Source: Pyrobaculum aerophilum str. IM2
Lineage (GTDB): Archaea; Thermoproteota; Thermoprotei; Thermoproteales; Thermoproteaceae
Reading direction: 5' to 3'
DNA: 32,000 bases
Assembly (NCBI RefSeq): GCF_000007225.1
Contig: NC_003364.1
Coordinates: forward strand, 1,650,001 to 1,682,000
In this document: one piece after another, positions 7,655 through 15,470 of the stretch
How positions within the stretch are numbered: position 1 is the first letter of the stretch
How the letters are laid out: the number at the start of each line of letters is the position of its first letter
Notes under the pieces: generated by a model
What the model saw: only the letters and a program-made list of their open reading frames with translations
Database searches by the model: none
What the model was told of the DNA's origin: nothing
Program-made: the position numbers and the translations under genes

Positions 7655-8866
7655 ATGTCGACGTGTAATTTAGAGGACCTCTTTAAAGAGGGGGTGGTGC
7701 TGGTGAAGGGCCTCCCCGGCTCCGGCAAGACCTTATTAGTAGCTAAAGCGGTTTCGCAGTTTAAAAAAGCGGCTTGGTTCACTTTTTACGAAACTGAGGA
7801 TAGGCTGAGGAAGTACTTATCATCTGTCGGCGTCAATCCGCCTGCATATATATTTGACTTAATAAGCGTCGGGGGAAGGGAGGCGGCCAGCTTTATTGTG
7901 GAGAGGGTCTTGCAGTTAAAACCTGACGCCGTAGTGATAGACGGCGTAAACGCCATTTCGGGAGAGGCGGAGAGAGAGCTAGTACACGCCATTTTCTACC
8001 ACGGGCTTTCTAGAGAGGTACCCGTGATCTTAGTAAAAGAAGGGACAGAGGTGACGGCTGCCGACTACATCGCAGACGTAATACTAGAATTAGAACACCG
8101 AATATATGAAAGCGGCGTCTCAATACGCTATTTAAAAATTTTAAAGTCCCGCGGGCGGCCTCAGCAATACGTAACGTTTCCCTTGGTAATAACTGAGCGT
8201 GGCCCCGTCGTCATTACGCCTATTGAAAAGAACCGGGAGCCGCCTAGCGAGCGTCTGACCACAGGCGCTCCTGAAATAGACGAGGCCTTGGGCGGAGGGG
8301 TTTGGAGGGGTAGCCTTGTCGCTGTCGTTGGCCCGCCGGACGGCTTGGCGAGTAAGCTAATGGTTTTAACCGCAGTGGAGCTGTCCAGAAGGGGGTCGAA
8401 GGTATTGTACCACCACCACAAAGTCGTGCCGACTTTTACAAAATTCGCCGAGGCATTAGGCGTTAAGTGGCAGAGGCCGAATATTCACTGGTATTACCAC
8501 CCCGTCTCTGAGCACAAAAGCCTAACTTGGTGGTTCAAATCGGCGCAGATGGTAAACGAGGGGGAAATTGACGTACACTTCGCAGACCAGTATGAACAAG
8601 TAGTCTCATCACTGGGGGTAGAGCTTCTGGTAGAGGCGGCGAGGGTGTACCAAACTATTTTGAAGCGGCCTGTGACCACCGTGCTGGTGTTTAATTCCTA
8701 CGAGGCGTGGGACGCCGCATCTAAACACGTCGGGTCTATTGTGGATTACGTCTTCCGGTTTGAACACGGCAGGCTGGTGGCCAACGCGCCTGACTTTGCG
8801 TCTCCAATAGAGTTCGAGTTTAAAATAGACTGGGAGAAGAGGAGAGTGGTATATACGCGGAGATGA
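7655..8866 (+). CDS. KaiC-like / RecA-superfamily double-domain ATPase (second P-loop degenerate)
   Basis: Domain 1 has an intact Walker A GLPGSGKT (7709..7732). Domain 2 has a KaiC-like lead-in RLTTGAPEIDEALGGGVWRGSLVAVVG, but its P-loop reads GPPDGLAS (8330..8353), lacking the GK[ST]. Start moved to ATG 7655, about 25 nt downstream of ATATATTTTA (7628..7637). Confidence 0.75.
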   Translation: MSTCNLEDLFKEGVVLVKGLPGSGKTLLVAKAVSQFKKAAWFTFYETEDRLRKYLSSVGVNPPAYIFDLISVGGREAASFIVERVLQLKPDAVVIDGVNAISGEAERELVHAIFYHGLSREVPVILVKEGTEVTAADYIADVILELEHRIYESGVSIRYLKILKSRGRPQQYVTFPLVITERGPVVITPIEKNREPPSERLTTGAPEIDEALGGGVWRGSLVAVVGPPDGLASKLMVLTAVELSRRGSKVLYHHHKVVPTFTKFAEALGVKWQRPNIHWYYHPVSEHKSLTWWFKSAQMVNEGEIDVHFADQYEQVVSSLGVELLVEAARVYQTILKRPVTTVLVFNSYEAWDAASKHVGSIVDYVFRFEHGRLVANAPDFASPIEFEFKIDWEKRRVVYTRR

Positions 8867-9147
8867 GCTGCGTCACAAGAGAGTTATTGGTGAGGTTCTA
8901 CTCAAGCTTAAGCTTCTCCCTCAGAGTTATGGTGCACTACAGAGTAGTCAGCACTTACGGCAAGCCTTTCGACTTTTTCCTCATGGAAGAGCCGTGGAGA
9001 GTTTACGAAGTATTGGAAAGGGCTTTGGGCAGGCACAACGCCGAGTTAGTACTTCGAATTTTAAGCGAGTGGCTGGGGAGGAATGGCTGTAGCACTTCCC
9101 CCGAGGAGTTGAAGAGGATTTTAAGCGACAGGGGATACTGGAAATAA
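8863..9147 (+). CDS. hypothetical protein (translationally coupled to the KaiC-like gene)
   Basis: 94-aa ORF whose ATG overlaps the KaiC-like stop (ATGA at 8863..8866). No motif recognised. Confidence 0.5.
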   Translation: MSCVTRELLVRFYSSLSFSLRVMVHYRVVSTYGKPFDFFLMEEPWRVYEVLERALGRHNAELVLRILSEWLGRNGCSTSPEELKRILSDRGYWK

Positions 9148-9167
9148 ATATCTCACTCAAATTATGT

Positions 9168-9566
9168 GTGGACATCGCAACACTGCTCCACCTCTTGGCG
9201 GAGCTTCTCCCATTTCTCCCAATCCTAAGGGAAAAGCCCATATACGCCTACGCCCACGGCAGAGACTTAGTTATATGCGTGGACAGCCCCCACTACGAGT
9301 TCACTATATTCTACATAGACGTCGAGGGGTACCACATCCCCCCGTCGGCTACTGAGCTAAGGGGATCTCTCGCGCTGAGAGAGGGGGCAATACACATCTC
9401 AAAACAGTCGCGCGGCGCTATTATTATTAAAGACGCCCCATCGGCGAGGGCGATAAGACTCGTGGCCGCAGAGGGCAACTACGATTTAAAAATTAAGAAA
9501 AAGGGCAGTTGCCCCCACGCCGTAGAAGAGGTCCCGCAGAAAACGCCCACCGCGCACATAAGCTGA
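9168..9566 (+). CDS. hypothetical protein
   Basis: 132-aa ORF from GTG 9168, with an AAATAAATAT box (9142..9151) ~22-26 nt upstream. The alternative 9164 ATG frame gives an R/P-rich junk-like peptide. Confidence 0.5.
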   Translation: MDIATLLHLLAELLPFLPILREKPIYAYAHGRDLVICVDSPHYEFTIFYIDVEGYHIPPSATELRGSLALREGAIHISKQSRGAIIIKDAPSARAIRLVAAEGNYDLKIKKKGSCPHAVEEVPQKTPTAHIS

Positions 9567-10081
9567 AAAGGCCGTTGCAATTCCAGTTCACGTAGGGGAG
9601 CTTTTAAGAAAAGTCGCTGTGGGGATTTGAAGGAATGTACAAACAGAAATTATCTCTCACTTCACGAGGAGGCCGAAGGGCTATGCGCAGACGTTTTGAC
9701 GCAGGCTGGGGAGAAGTAGTGGGGGCCGTGACGGCGCCGCGGCGGAAGGGGGATGTCGCATTACAGACACAGAGACTACGCCGTGATAATAGAAGGCTGT
9801 ACGAGGAGAGAGGGGTTAAAAGTTTAGTAATCCCGCACGGACTAGGGACTCCGTGCTTTACAAGTTGATAAGCTGTGAATACCTCAGAGATCGCAACAGC
9901 CCACGTCAGACGGTGAGAGCGCGCTTGTGAGTTCGCTACGTCACGCCTCCAGAAGGAAAAACGCCCCAAAATTTATTTACCAGCCCAAGGGGGAGTATGA
10001 TGTTCTCAATACAGCCCGCTGGTGACATATACCTACGGGGAAGCCTTTGGAGTGCAACGAAAAATCCCCAAGCGCTTAGCC

Positions 10082-10699
10082 ATGGACGTATTTAAAAAGA
10101 GGGCTGGGGATTACGACGCTTGGTATGAAAAACGCCCAGACCTTTACCAGTCGGAGCTAAGGGCCGTTTCTAAAATAGGTTGCATAGGCGGGGTGGAAAT
10201 AGGCGTGGGGACTGGAAGGTTCGCCGCCCCCCTCGGCTTGAGGGCCGGCGTCGACCCCGTTAGGGAGATGTTGAGACTCGCTCCCCGGGAGCTGGACCTC
10301 GTGGAGGGGGTGGGGGAGCTTCTGCCCATTAGGGCCGGGGCCTATCCCTGCGCCTTAATAGTCGTGACTCTCTGTTTTGTGAAAAGCCCAGAGGCGGTTT
10401 TGAGAGAGGCCGCCCGCATAGCCCCTAGGGTAGTGGCCTGTATAGTGCCGCGGGAATCCCCGTGGGGGAGGCTGTACCTCCAGCTGGGGGCCAGGGGACA
10501 CCCCTTTTACTCAAAGGCCAAGTTCTACACAGTGGCAGAGGTAGTAAAAATGGCCCAGGGGCTCGCGCCCGCAAGAGTAGTGGCAACGCTTTTCAACCCC
10601 CCGCCCGGAGGAGGAATAGAGGAGCCGGTAGAGGCCACCGTCGAGGAGGCTGAAGGCGCCGGGTTTGCCTGTATAGAATTTAAACGGAGAGGAATTTAA
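10082..10699 (+). CDS. class I SAM-dependent methyltransferase
   Basis: Motif I VEIGVGTGRF, and an N-terminal DYDAWYEKRPDLY typical of the small Methyltransf_11-like enzymes. Start placed at the first ATG (10082) rather than the GTG at 10022. Confidence 0.7.
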   Translation: MDVFKKRAGDYDAWYEKRPDLYQSELRAVSKIGCIGGVEIGVGTGRFAAPLGLRAGVDPVREMLRLAPRELDLVEGVGELLPIRAGAYPCALIVVTLCFVKSPEAVLREAARIAPRVVACIVPRESPWGRLYLQLGARGHPFYSKAKFYTVAEVVKMAQGLAPARVVATLFNPPPGGGIEEPVEATVEEAEGAGFACIEFKRRGI

Positions 10700-10703
10700 T
10701 GCC

Positions 10704-11240
10704 GTGATAGTCGCGGTGGGAACTAAAAACCCCAATAAAATAAGAGCTGTTGAAGACGCCTACAGGTTGTTCGGCATACCCGCCAGGATAGTCCCAGCGC
10801 CGAGGCCCTTGACAACGCCGCCTCAGCCAGTGGGTCTGGAGGCCGTCCTTAAAGGGGCTGTGGAGAGGGCAAAGGCGGCGTTACAAGCCGTGGAAAAAGC
10901 CGAACACGGAGTAGGCATAGAGGCCGGGGTGGTGGAGGCCGGGGGAGTGCACCTCGACATAACTATAGCGGCTATTGTCGACGCAGGGGGGAGGACGACC
11001 ATAGGCTTCGGCCCCGCCTTCCAAATCCCGCCTCCGTTTCTCTCGCAAGTACTTAGCGGCGTGGAGATGGGCGCCGTGGCTGAGCAGTATTTCAAAAGAC
11101 CCTCTATAGGGTATAGAGAGGGGTTAATAGGCGTGTTGACTAAACGCCGAGTGACGCGGTACCATTTAAATCTAGCCGCCGTGGCAATGGCCCTGACGCC
11201 CCGGCTTCCACATAACTCCCAGCTCTACCTCAAGCCGTAA
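10704..11240 (+). CDS. non-canonical purine NTP phosphatase (YjjX / inosine-xanthosine triphosphatase family)
   Basis: 178 aa. The N-terminus IVAVGTKNPNKIRAVEDAY matches the YjjX-type signature (xxVxSxNPxKxxAv). GIEAG motif mid-protein. Confidence 0.65.
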   Translation: MIVAVGTKNPNKIRAVEDAYRLFGIPARIVPAPRPLTTPPQPVGLEAVLKGAVERAKAALQAVEKAEHGVGIEAGVVEAGGVHLDITIAAIVDAGGRTTIGFGPAFQIPPPFLSQVLSGVEMGAVAEQYFKRPSIGYREGLIGVLTKRRVTRYHLNLAAVAMALTPRLPHNSQLYLKP

Positions 11241-11494
11241 ACCCTACTGCTAAAAGCTACACCGGGCCTATTGGACAATGATGCCAACCGCTTTACAAAA
11301 AGCGTAGACTACCCTCTCTATCCCCACGGCCTTTAACTCAACCGCCTCCTCCTCCCCCACTTTAATGAGGTCAAGCCTCCTCTTCGCAATTTCACACGGC
11401 ACTAAAAAGCGGCAAAGAGGCCATTGAAGCAGTGACTAAAGCGCCGCTCCGCGGGGAAAAACTTTTAAACCCACGTAAATATAGAAACGGCCGA

Positions 11495-11585
11495 AGCGGG
11501 GTAGGCCAGCCTGGTAGGCCGCGGGGCTCATAACGGGCGTGCCCGTGGAGCCCCGAGGTCCCCGGTTCAAATCCGGGCCCCGCTA
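11495..11585 (+). tRNA. initiator tRNA-Met (anticodon CAU) with a 17-nt intron next to the anticodon
   Basis: Cloverleaf built by hand. Acceptor AGCGGGG/CCCCGCU (A1:U72), U8A9, D stem GGCC/GGCC. Anticodon stem CGGGG/CCCCG carries the three G:C pairs typical of initiators. Loop CUCAUAA has CAU at 11529..11531. The intron lies at ~11533/4..11549/50 and contains a CGGG-CGUG-CCCG hairpin. Variable loop AGGUC, T arm CCCGG-UUCAAAU-CCGGG, discriminator A. No encoded CCA. TATA-like ACTTTTAAAC ~26 nt upstream, T-rich tract downstream. Confidence 0.9.
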
Positions 11586-11666
11586 CCTTGACATAAGTAA
11601 AAAGTCTTCTTTTCATAGGTCAAATATTAAATTATTGAATGATACCTAATTTTAAAAAGGGGGGAT

Positions 11667-12980
11667 TTATATTAGTCTTTGTTTTAGCTTTCTTATTATA
11701 TTCTGTTGTTTCATTGGAACATACCTGATTTTATTTTCCAAAAACGCTTCCACGTTACGTCTTATTGATACGTCTTTGTTAATCAAGATTTTAAGCTCTT
11801 TTGTAGGGATATATACACTATAGCCTCGCCTCGTTGCCGTAATTCTAGGACTTATCCCCAGTTCTTTCAGTTTGTTTGCTATTTGAACTGCTTCATTATA
11901 GTCTTTTACTTCTTTTATGGCATATAGGGCGCCTCCCTCGTTATATACCACTGTTAGTCTCATTTCAATACCGCCAATATTAATAAGGCTGTTGACATTT
12001 GGACTTTTGAAACTCTTATGGCTGGAGCGTCTTGGCCGGTTAACAGAGTGGAGGTACAGCCACTTATGGGCGTGAAGCACGTCAATGAGCTTCCCATAAG
12101 GACCAGCTGAATTTATTAGTGCTTTAAACAGCTTTTTGCCACCTGGTATATACACATACCCTTTCTTTTTCTCAAAATACGCATTTGTGAGCGCCGAGAC
12201 TACCTCTTTATATTCGTTTTTAATCGCTATCCGTAATTTGTAGTGTCTCTTTTCTACAAATGACCACTTTACTGATCCGTCGCCAAGCCACCACGTTAGC
12301 AAGGGTTTCAGCTCGCCGTTTTTATAACTTTCAAGAACGCCCCTGATAGCCTCTTCCTTACTCCACCTTTGCCTCCACGATTTGCTTACGGCAAAGAATA
12401 TAGGTGAGACGCCCCTATTTGTTAAGTTTATACGCAATATGCCGAGTTGCACGTCTCCTGGTCTTGTGGCGAGCCAAGCATATAATTGCCACAGCTGTGA
12501 AGTGTGTATAAATGGGCGCCCATTGCTATCACCTTCGTCCGATGCACGCCAGCCCATCTGCAATAGCTCAACTTCACTGCCCATCCTTAACAAGTCTGGG
12601 AAATACGCAGTAGTTGAGATTCCTCGCAGTGGTAAATAAAAGGTCTTGTGACCCTCAAACTCTACCTCCTTAAGATCCTCGGCCTCTTCTTTTACGTTTG
12701 TAAGCTCATTATGTGCTTTAGAAGCGGCGATTTTTAATATCTCAGATAAAGTATTGGCAAACTGCGACAATTGTCCATCCTCGCTTTCCCCCAAGAGTCT
12801 TTTTAGATTATCGGTAATGTGCCCTATGTAAACCCTATATCCCTCTACCACCCGGTCAAGGCTGCCCGAGAGGACGCCTCTGCGTCCAATCTCGGCCAAG
12901 ACCTCTTCCAGAGTCGGCGGCTTCTGGGGCGCCAAGGCGATTTCAAGCCTCCTCCTCGCCTCATTCACAAAGGCCTCCAT
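11667..12980 (-). CDS. hypothetical protein with two LAGLIDADG-like motifs (possible free-standing homing-endonuclease-like or Pyrobaculum repeated-family gene)
   Basis: Long ORF (461 aa from TTG 13052). I prefer ATG 12980, which has TATATTAA (13000..13007) starting 27 nt upstream. Motifs LLQMGWRASDEGDS (12525..12566) and LLTWWLGDGS (12273..12302) lie ~88 aa apart. The 3' two thirds of the gene are strongly AT-rich relative to the flanks. Confidence 0.6.
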   Translation of the reverse strand: MEAFVNEARRRLEIALAPQKPPTLEEVLAEIGRRGVLSGSLDRVVEGYRVYIGHITDNLKRLLGESEDGQLSQFANTLSEILKIAASKAHNELTNVKEEAEDLKEVEFEGHKTFYLPLRGISTTAYFPDLLRMGSEVELLQMGWRASDEGDSNGRPFIHTSQLWQLYAWLATRPGDVQLGILRINLTNRGVSPIFFAVSKSWRQRWSKEEAIRGVLESYKNGELKPLLTWWLGDGSVKWSFVEKRHYKLRIAIKNEYKEVVSALTNAYFEKKKGYVYIPGGKKLFKALINSAGPYGKLIDVLHAHKWLYLHSVNRPRRSSHKSFKSPNVNSLINIGGIEMRLTVVYNEGGALYAIKEVKDYNEAVQIANKLKELGISPRITATRRGYSVYIPTKELKILINKDVSIRRNVEAFLENKIRYVPMKQQNIIRKLKQRLI

Positions 12981-13161
12981 GACCGCCCCCGCGCCTCCCT
13001 TAATATACGCTACAGGAAAACCTTGGAAAGGTGAGTTCGGCGAAAATTTCAATGAAGTCTTATTTATTCTGCCTCCTGCGCCGCCTACTGGCGTGTTAGC
13101 AATAGAAAGCGGGGGACTGCGGCATGAGTTAATGTCCCCACAGCCACGCCGGCGAATTCCC

Positions 13162-13623
13162 TCATTCCAGTTTTTTCAACTTTTCTATAAGTCTTAACAC
13201 CTCTCTTCTATGGACGTCGAAACTCTTTCTCTCCATGAAGTGGTGGTAAAAATTGGCGTGTAACCTCTTGGCTAGGGTAAAGCCTTTTAGAATTTCTTCG
13301 TCTCCAGTCTCCTGGTAAAGCCTCTCTATTATCACGGCGTAGTCCCTGTGGCTGTAGTGGGGCATTCCCCTTTTCTCGGCTATGGCGTTGAACAAGGCAG
13401 TTACAGCGCCCCAGTACTTCTCCCCTGCCTGGGACAAGTCGCCTTTCTCGTAGAGCGACTCGGCCTCTCTTAAGTGCTTTTCGTGAAGGGCGAGGTAAAC
13501 ATCAATTCTCTCAGAGGGGTCAAGCCTCTCTGCAATTAACGAGAGGAGAAATTCCTCTACGTCCCGGCCGCCGGCGGCCTTGCGCAAGAGCTCAGCCACT
13601 GGCGGGGAAATCACTAGAGACAC
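13162..13623 (-). CDS. PaREP1-family (HEPN-like helical bundle) protein
   Basis: 153 aa from GTG 13623, with TTTTTAAATT starting 26 nt upstream. Core LREAESLYEKGDLSQAGEKYWGAVTALFNAIAEKRG ... SHRDY ... RLHANFYHH resembles the PaREP1 pattern and contains an R-x6-H (HEPN-type) motif. Confidence 0.7.
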   Translation of the reverse strand: MSLVISPPVAELLRKAAGGRDVEEFLLSLIAERLDPSERIDVYLALHEKHLREAESLYEKGDLSQAGEKYWGAVTALFNAIAEKRGMPHYSHRDYAVIIERLYQETGDEEILKGFTLAKRLHANFYHHFMERKSFDVHRREVLRLIEKLKKLE

Positions 13624-13825
13624 GTATCTCTAAGACCGGAATTTAAAAACTTACGCCGTGTATTTAATTCGCCCTACGCCACGCAGTAAACAGCCGCGCG
13701 GCCGAGGCACCTCTGGCTAATTACAATTAAGGCGTAGAATCGGGCTCGCGTCCGTGTAAAACTACGACACTGTATTAGCTTGCAGTATTATACAAAGGCC
13801 TAAACTCCAGGGTTATTCGCTATTT

Positions 13826-13842
13826 GGCAAAAACTTTTTGCC
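13826..13842. promoter_or_regulatory. perfect palindrome GGCAAAAA-C-TTTTTGCC upstream of a promoter
   Basis: 8-bp arms read directly. Sits ~10 nt upstream of an AAATAAATTA TATA-like box (about 13856..13865), which is itself ~25 nt upstream of ATG 13886. Confidence 0.4.
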
Positions 13843-13950
13843 ATCTGCGTAACAGAAATAAATTACAGAGAGTTTGAGGAGACGTATGTTAAAAATAGTT
13901 GTACCCGTCTCTGTTATTGCCGTTGTAGTTCTACTCCCCTGCTTTTTATA

Positions 13951-14460
13951 GTGTCCGACGTCGCGAGCGCGGCACAGAAGCCTCCAATTCCCAAGACTAA
14001 TGGGACTTTCACTGCGACATACACGGCGAGAGTTTTATGCCCCAGCGGCGAGAGGACAATGAATTTGACGCTAGTGTACCGCGGGAAGAAGTTGACTGAG
14101 ATTTACTTGGGAGGAGTCAGGATTCCGCCGGCGGCGTTTAGGTATCCACACGAATTGAGTTACATCGGCGAGCTTCTCCTAGATTTAGACATGATATATA
14201 AAGTGGATAACGGGACCGTAGGGGGATTTGGAGGCTTGGTGAAAAAGAGACATAGCGGTCTCGTCTCCCTGGCAAACTCGCCTTACAAGGCGACTTCAGT
14301 ATTGTCTATCTTAACTAGTTTTAACTACACATATTTAGAAATAAAAGGCCTTGGCTTTGTAAAGAACCTAACTATCAACGGCTTGTTCCTCGACTTCGAC
14401 GAGGAATCCGGCGTGCCATATGCCTTTCAACTATCTATTCTACACAACGTTGCCAGATAA
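13951..14460 (+). CDS. hypothetical exported protein (body); signal peptide apparently stranded in another frame at 13886..13951
   Basis: 169-aa ORF from GTG 13951 with N-x-T/S-rich content typical of extracellular archaeal proteins. A 21-codon ORF MLKIVVPVSVIAVVVLLPCFL (ATG 13886, with a properly spaced TATA) ends exactly at 13951 in the neighbouring frame. Confidence 0.6.
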   Translation: MSDVASAAQKPPIPKTNGTFTATYTARVLCPSGERTMNLTLVYRGKKLTEIYLGGVRIPPAAFRYPHELSYIGELLLDLDMIYKVDNGTVGGFGGLVKKRHSGLVSLANSPYKATSVLSILTSFNYTYLEIKGLGFVKNLTINGLFLDFDEESGVPYAFQLSILHNVAR

Positions 14461-14924
14461 ATTTGTGACTTCTCATATATGTTTATATATGCATATCTGA
14501 CAAAGGTTAAATAATTATTTTTTCAGTTATTTTGATTTTTAATTTTAAATCTATAATTGACTATGCGAAATACTGCAATGTAGATTTACATATATGTATA
14601 GTTGTTTTCCAACTTTGCTAGGCTTTTCCCCTCGCCCTACTTCGGACACATATCTCATCCAATTACGTGACTCCATTTTGCAACCATTAGTCACGCGCTC
14701 CTTATGCCAACTTAGCGGCTTTTTATGATAACAACCTCGGCTATTGACATCCTAACCTGCTCTAGACATAAGCGCCGTCACAAATCTTGGCGTAATGTCG
14801 GTATGCAGGCCCCTTAGCACAATGGATGAGGTGCTCTGTTCAATGGAGATAAAAGGGATTCTCCTCCGGTCGGCTACTGGTTAGCGATATCAAATATTTT
14901 ATATGTGGCAGTAGTTTCGTATAC

Positions 14925-15470
14925 ATGGAGATTTTGGAAAGGCCTCTTCCCAAGCCCTCTTCTGAGGGCTATGCCTCTGCGCGTTTGTTAGAGTCTCTCG
15001 TGGAGGCTGGCTTGGCCTTGAAATTCCTCGAAGATGGTTTAGTTAGAAACGCCGCTGGGAAGGCTTTTCAAGCATGGCGGGCGTTTTTGGCGGCTCTTCT
15101 CAGGCTTGAGCTTGATAGGCTTAAGGCCGTTGTAAAGACTGAGGAGGAAAGGCGCTGGCTTGAGTCCACTGCAGTGCCGAGAGTGCCCACTGGGAGAATG
15201 ACTTCCCTATCGCAAATGCTAGAGGAGGTGGGACATGGGGGAATTGCCGCTTGGACGGCTATGGCGCTTAAATTACACGATTATCAATACCACGGCCCAG
15301 ACCCGGACATGGCGTTGAGCAAATACCGCAACAGAGAGGAGGCGGCTAGAGACGTCGTGTTGCTTCTGAAAGAACTGGCTAGGCGCGTCGAGGCATTGAA
15401 ACAGAGGGTTAAGTGGAGCGACGACTTGGAGAGGGCTCTTAGCGAATTAAATGCCGGACTCAGCCGCTGA
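14925..15470 (+). CDS. PaREP1/PaREP8-superfamily (HEPN-like) protein, paralog of 17983..18474
   Basis: 181 aa. Shares FLEDGLVRNAAGKAFQAWRAFLAAL and LHDYQYHGPD blocks with the 163-aa protein at 17983..18474. AAATATTTTATATG box ~27 nt upstream of the ATG. Confidence 0.7.
   Translation: MEILERPLPKPSSEGYASARLLESLVEAGLALKFLEDGLVRNAAGKAFQAWRAFLAALLRLELDRLKAVVKTEEERRWLESTAVPRVPTGRMTSLSQMLEEVGHGGIAAWTAMALKLHDYQYHGPDPDMALSKYRNREEAARDVVLLLKELARRVEALKQRVKWSDDLERALSELNAGLSR

Noticed and set aside
9164-9355. 63-aa ATG-started ORF overlapping the 132-aa ORF
   Set aside because: It translates to an R/P/G-rich peptide with no structure-like pattern. The GTG frame at 9168 gives a balanced 132-aa protein.
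9604-9969. 121-aa minus-strand ORF and 77-aa plus-strand ORF in the 9.6-10.0 kb gap
   Set aside because: R/S/P-rich composition, mutual overlap, no promoter-consistent start. The region is treated as non-coding or a candidate RNA instead.
9567-10080. C/D-box sRNA, SRP RNA or RNase P RNA assignment for the non-coding gap
   Set aside because: AUGAUGU at ~9996 has no properly spaced CUGA D box. The GGAA-containing segment lacks the AGCA symmetric-loop partner of SRP helix 8. GAGGAGGCCGAAGGGC and AAUAGAAGGCUGUAC only loosely resemble RNase P CR-I/CR-V, and there is no room for P1-P3.
11268-11402. 44-aa minus-strand ORF (MPCEIAKRRLDLIKVGEEEAVELKAVGIERVVYAFCKAVGIIVQ) between the NTPase gene and the tRNA
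   Set aside because: The amino-acid content is plausible, but it is short, has no TATA box at the expected distance, and no recognisable family. It could be a gene remnant. Not enough to call.
11392-11616. 74-aa minus-strand ORF
   Set aside because: It is antisense across the tRNA-iMet gene, an artefact of the G+C-rich tRNA.
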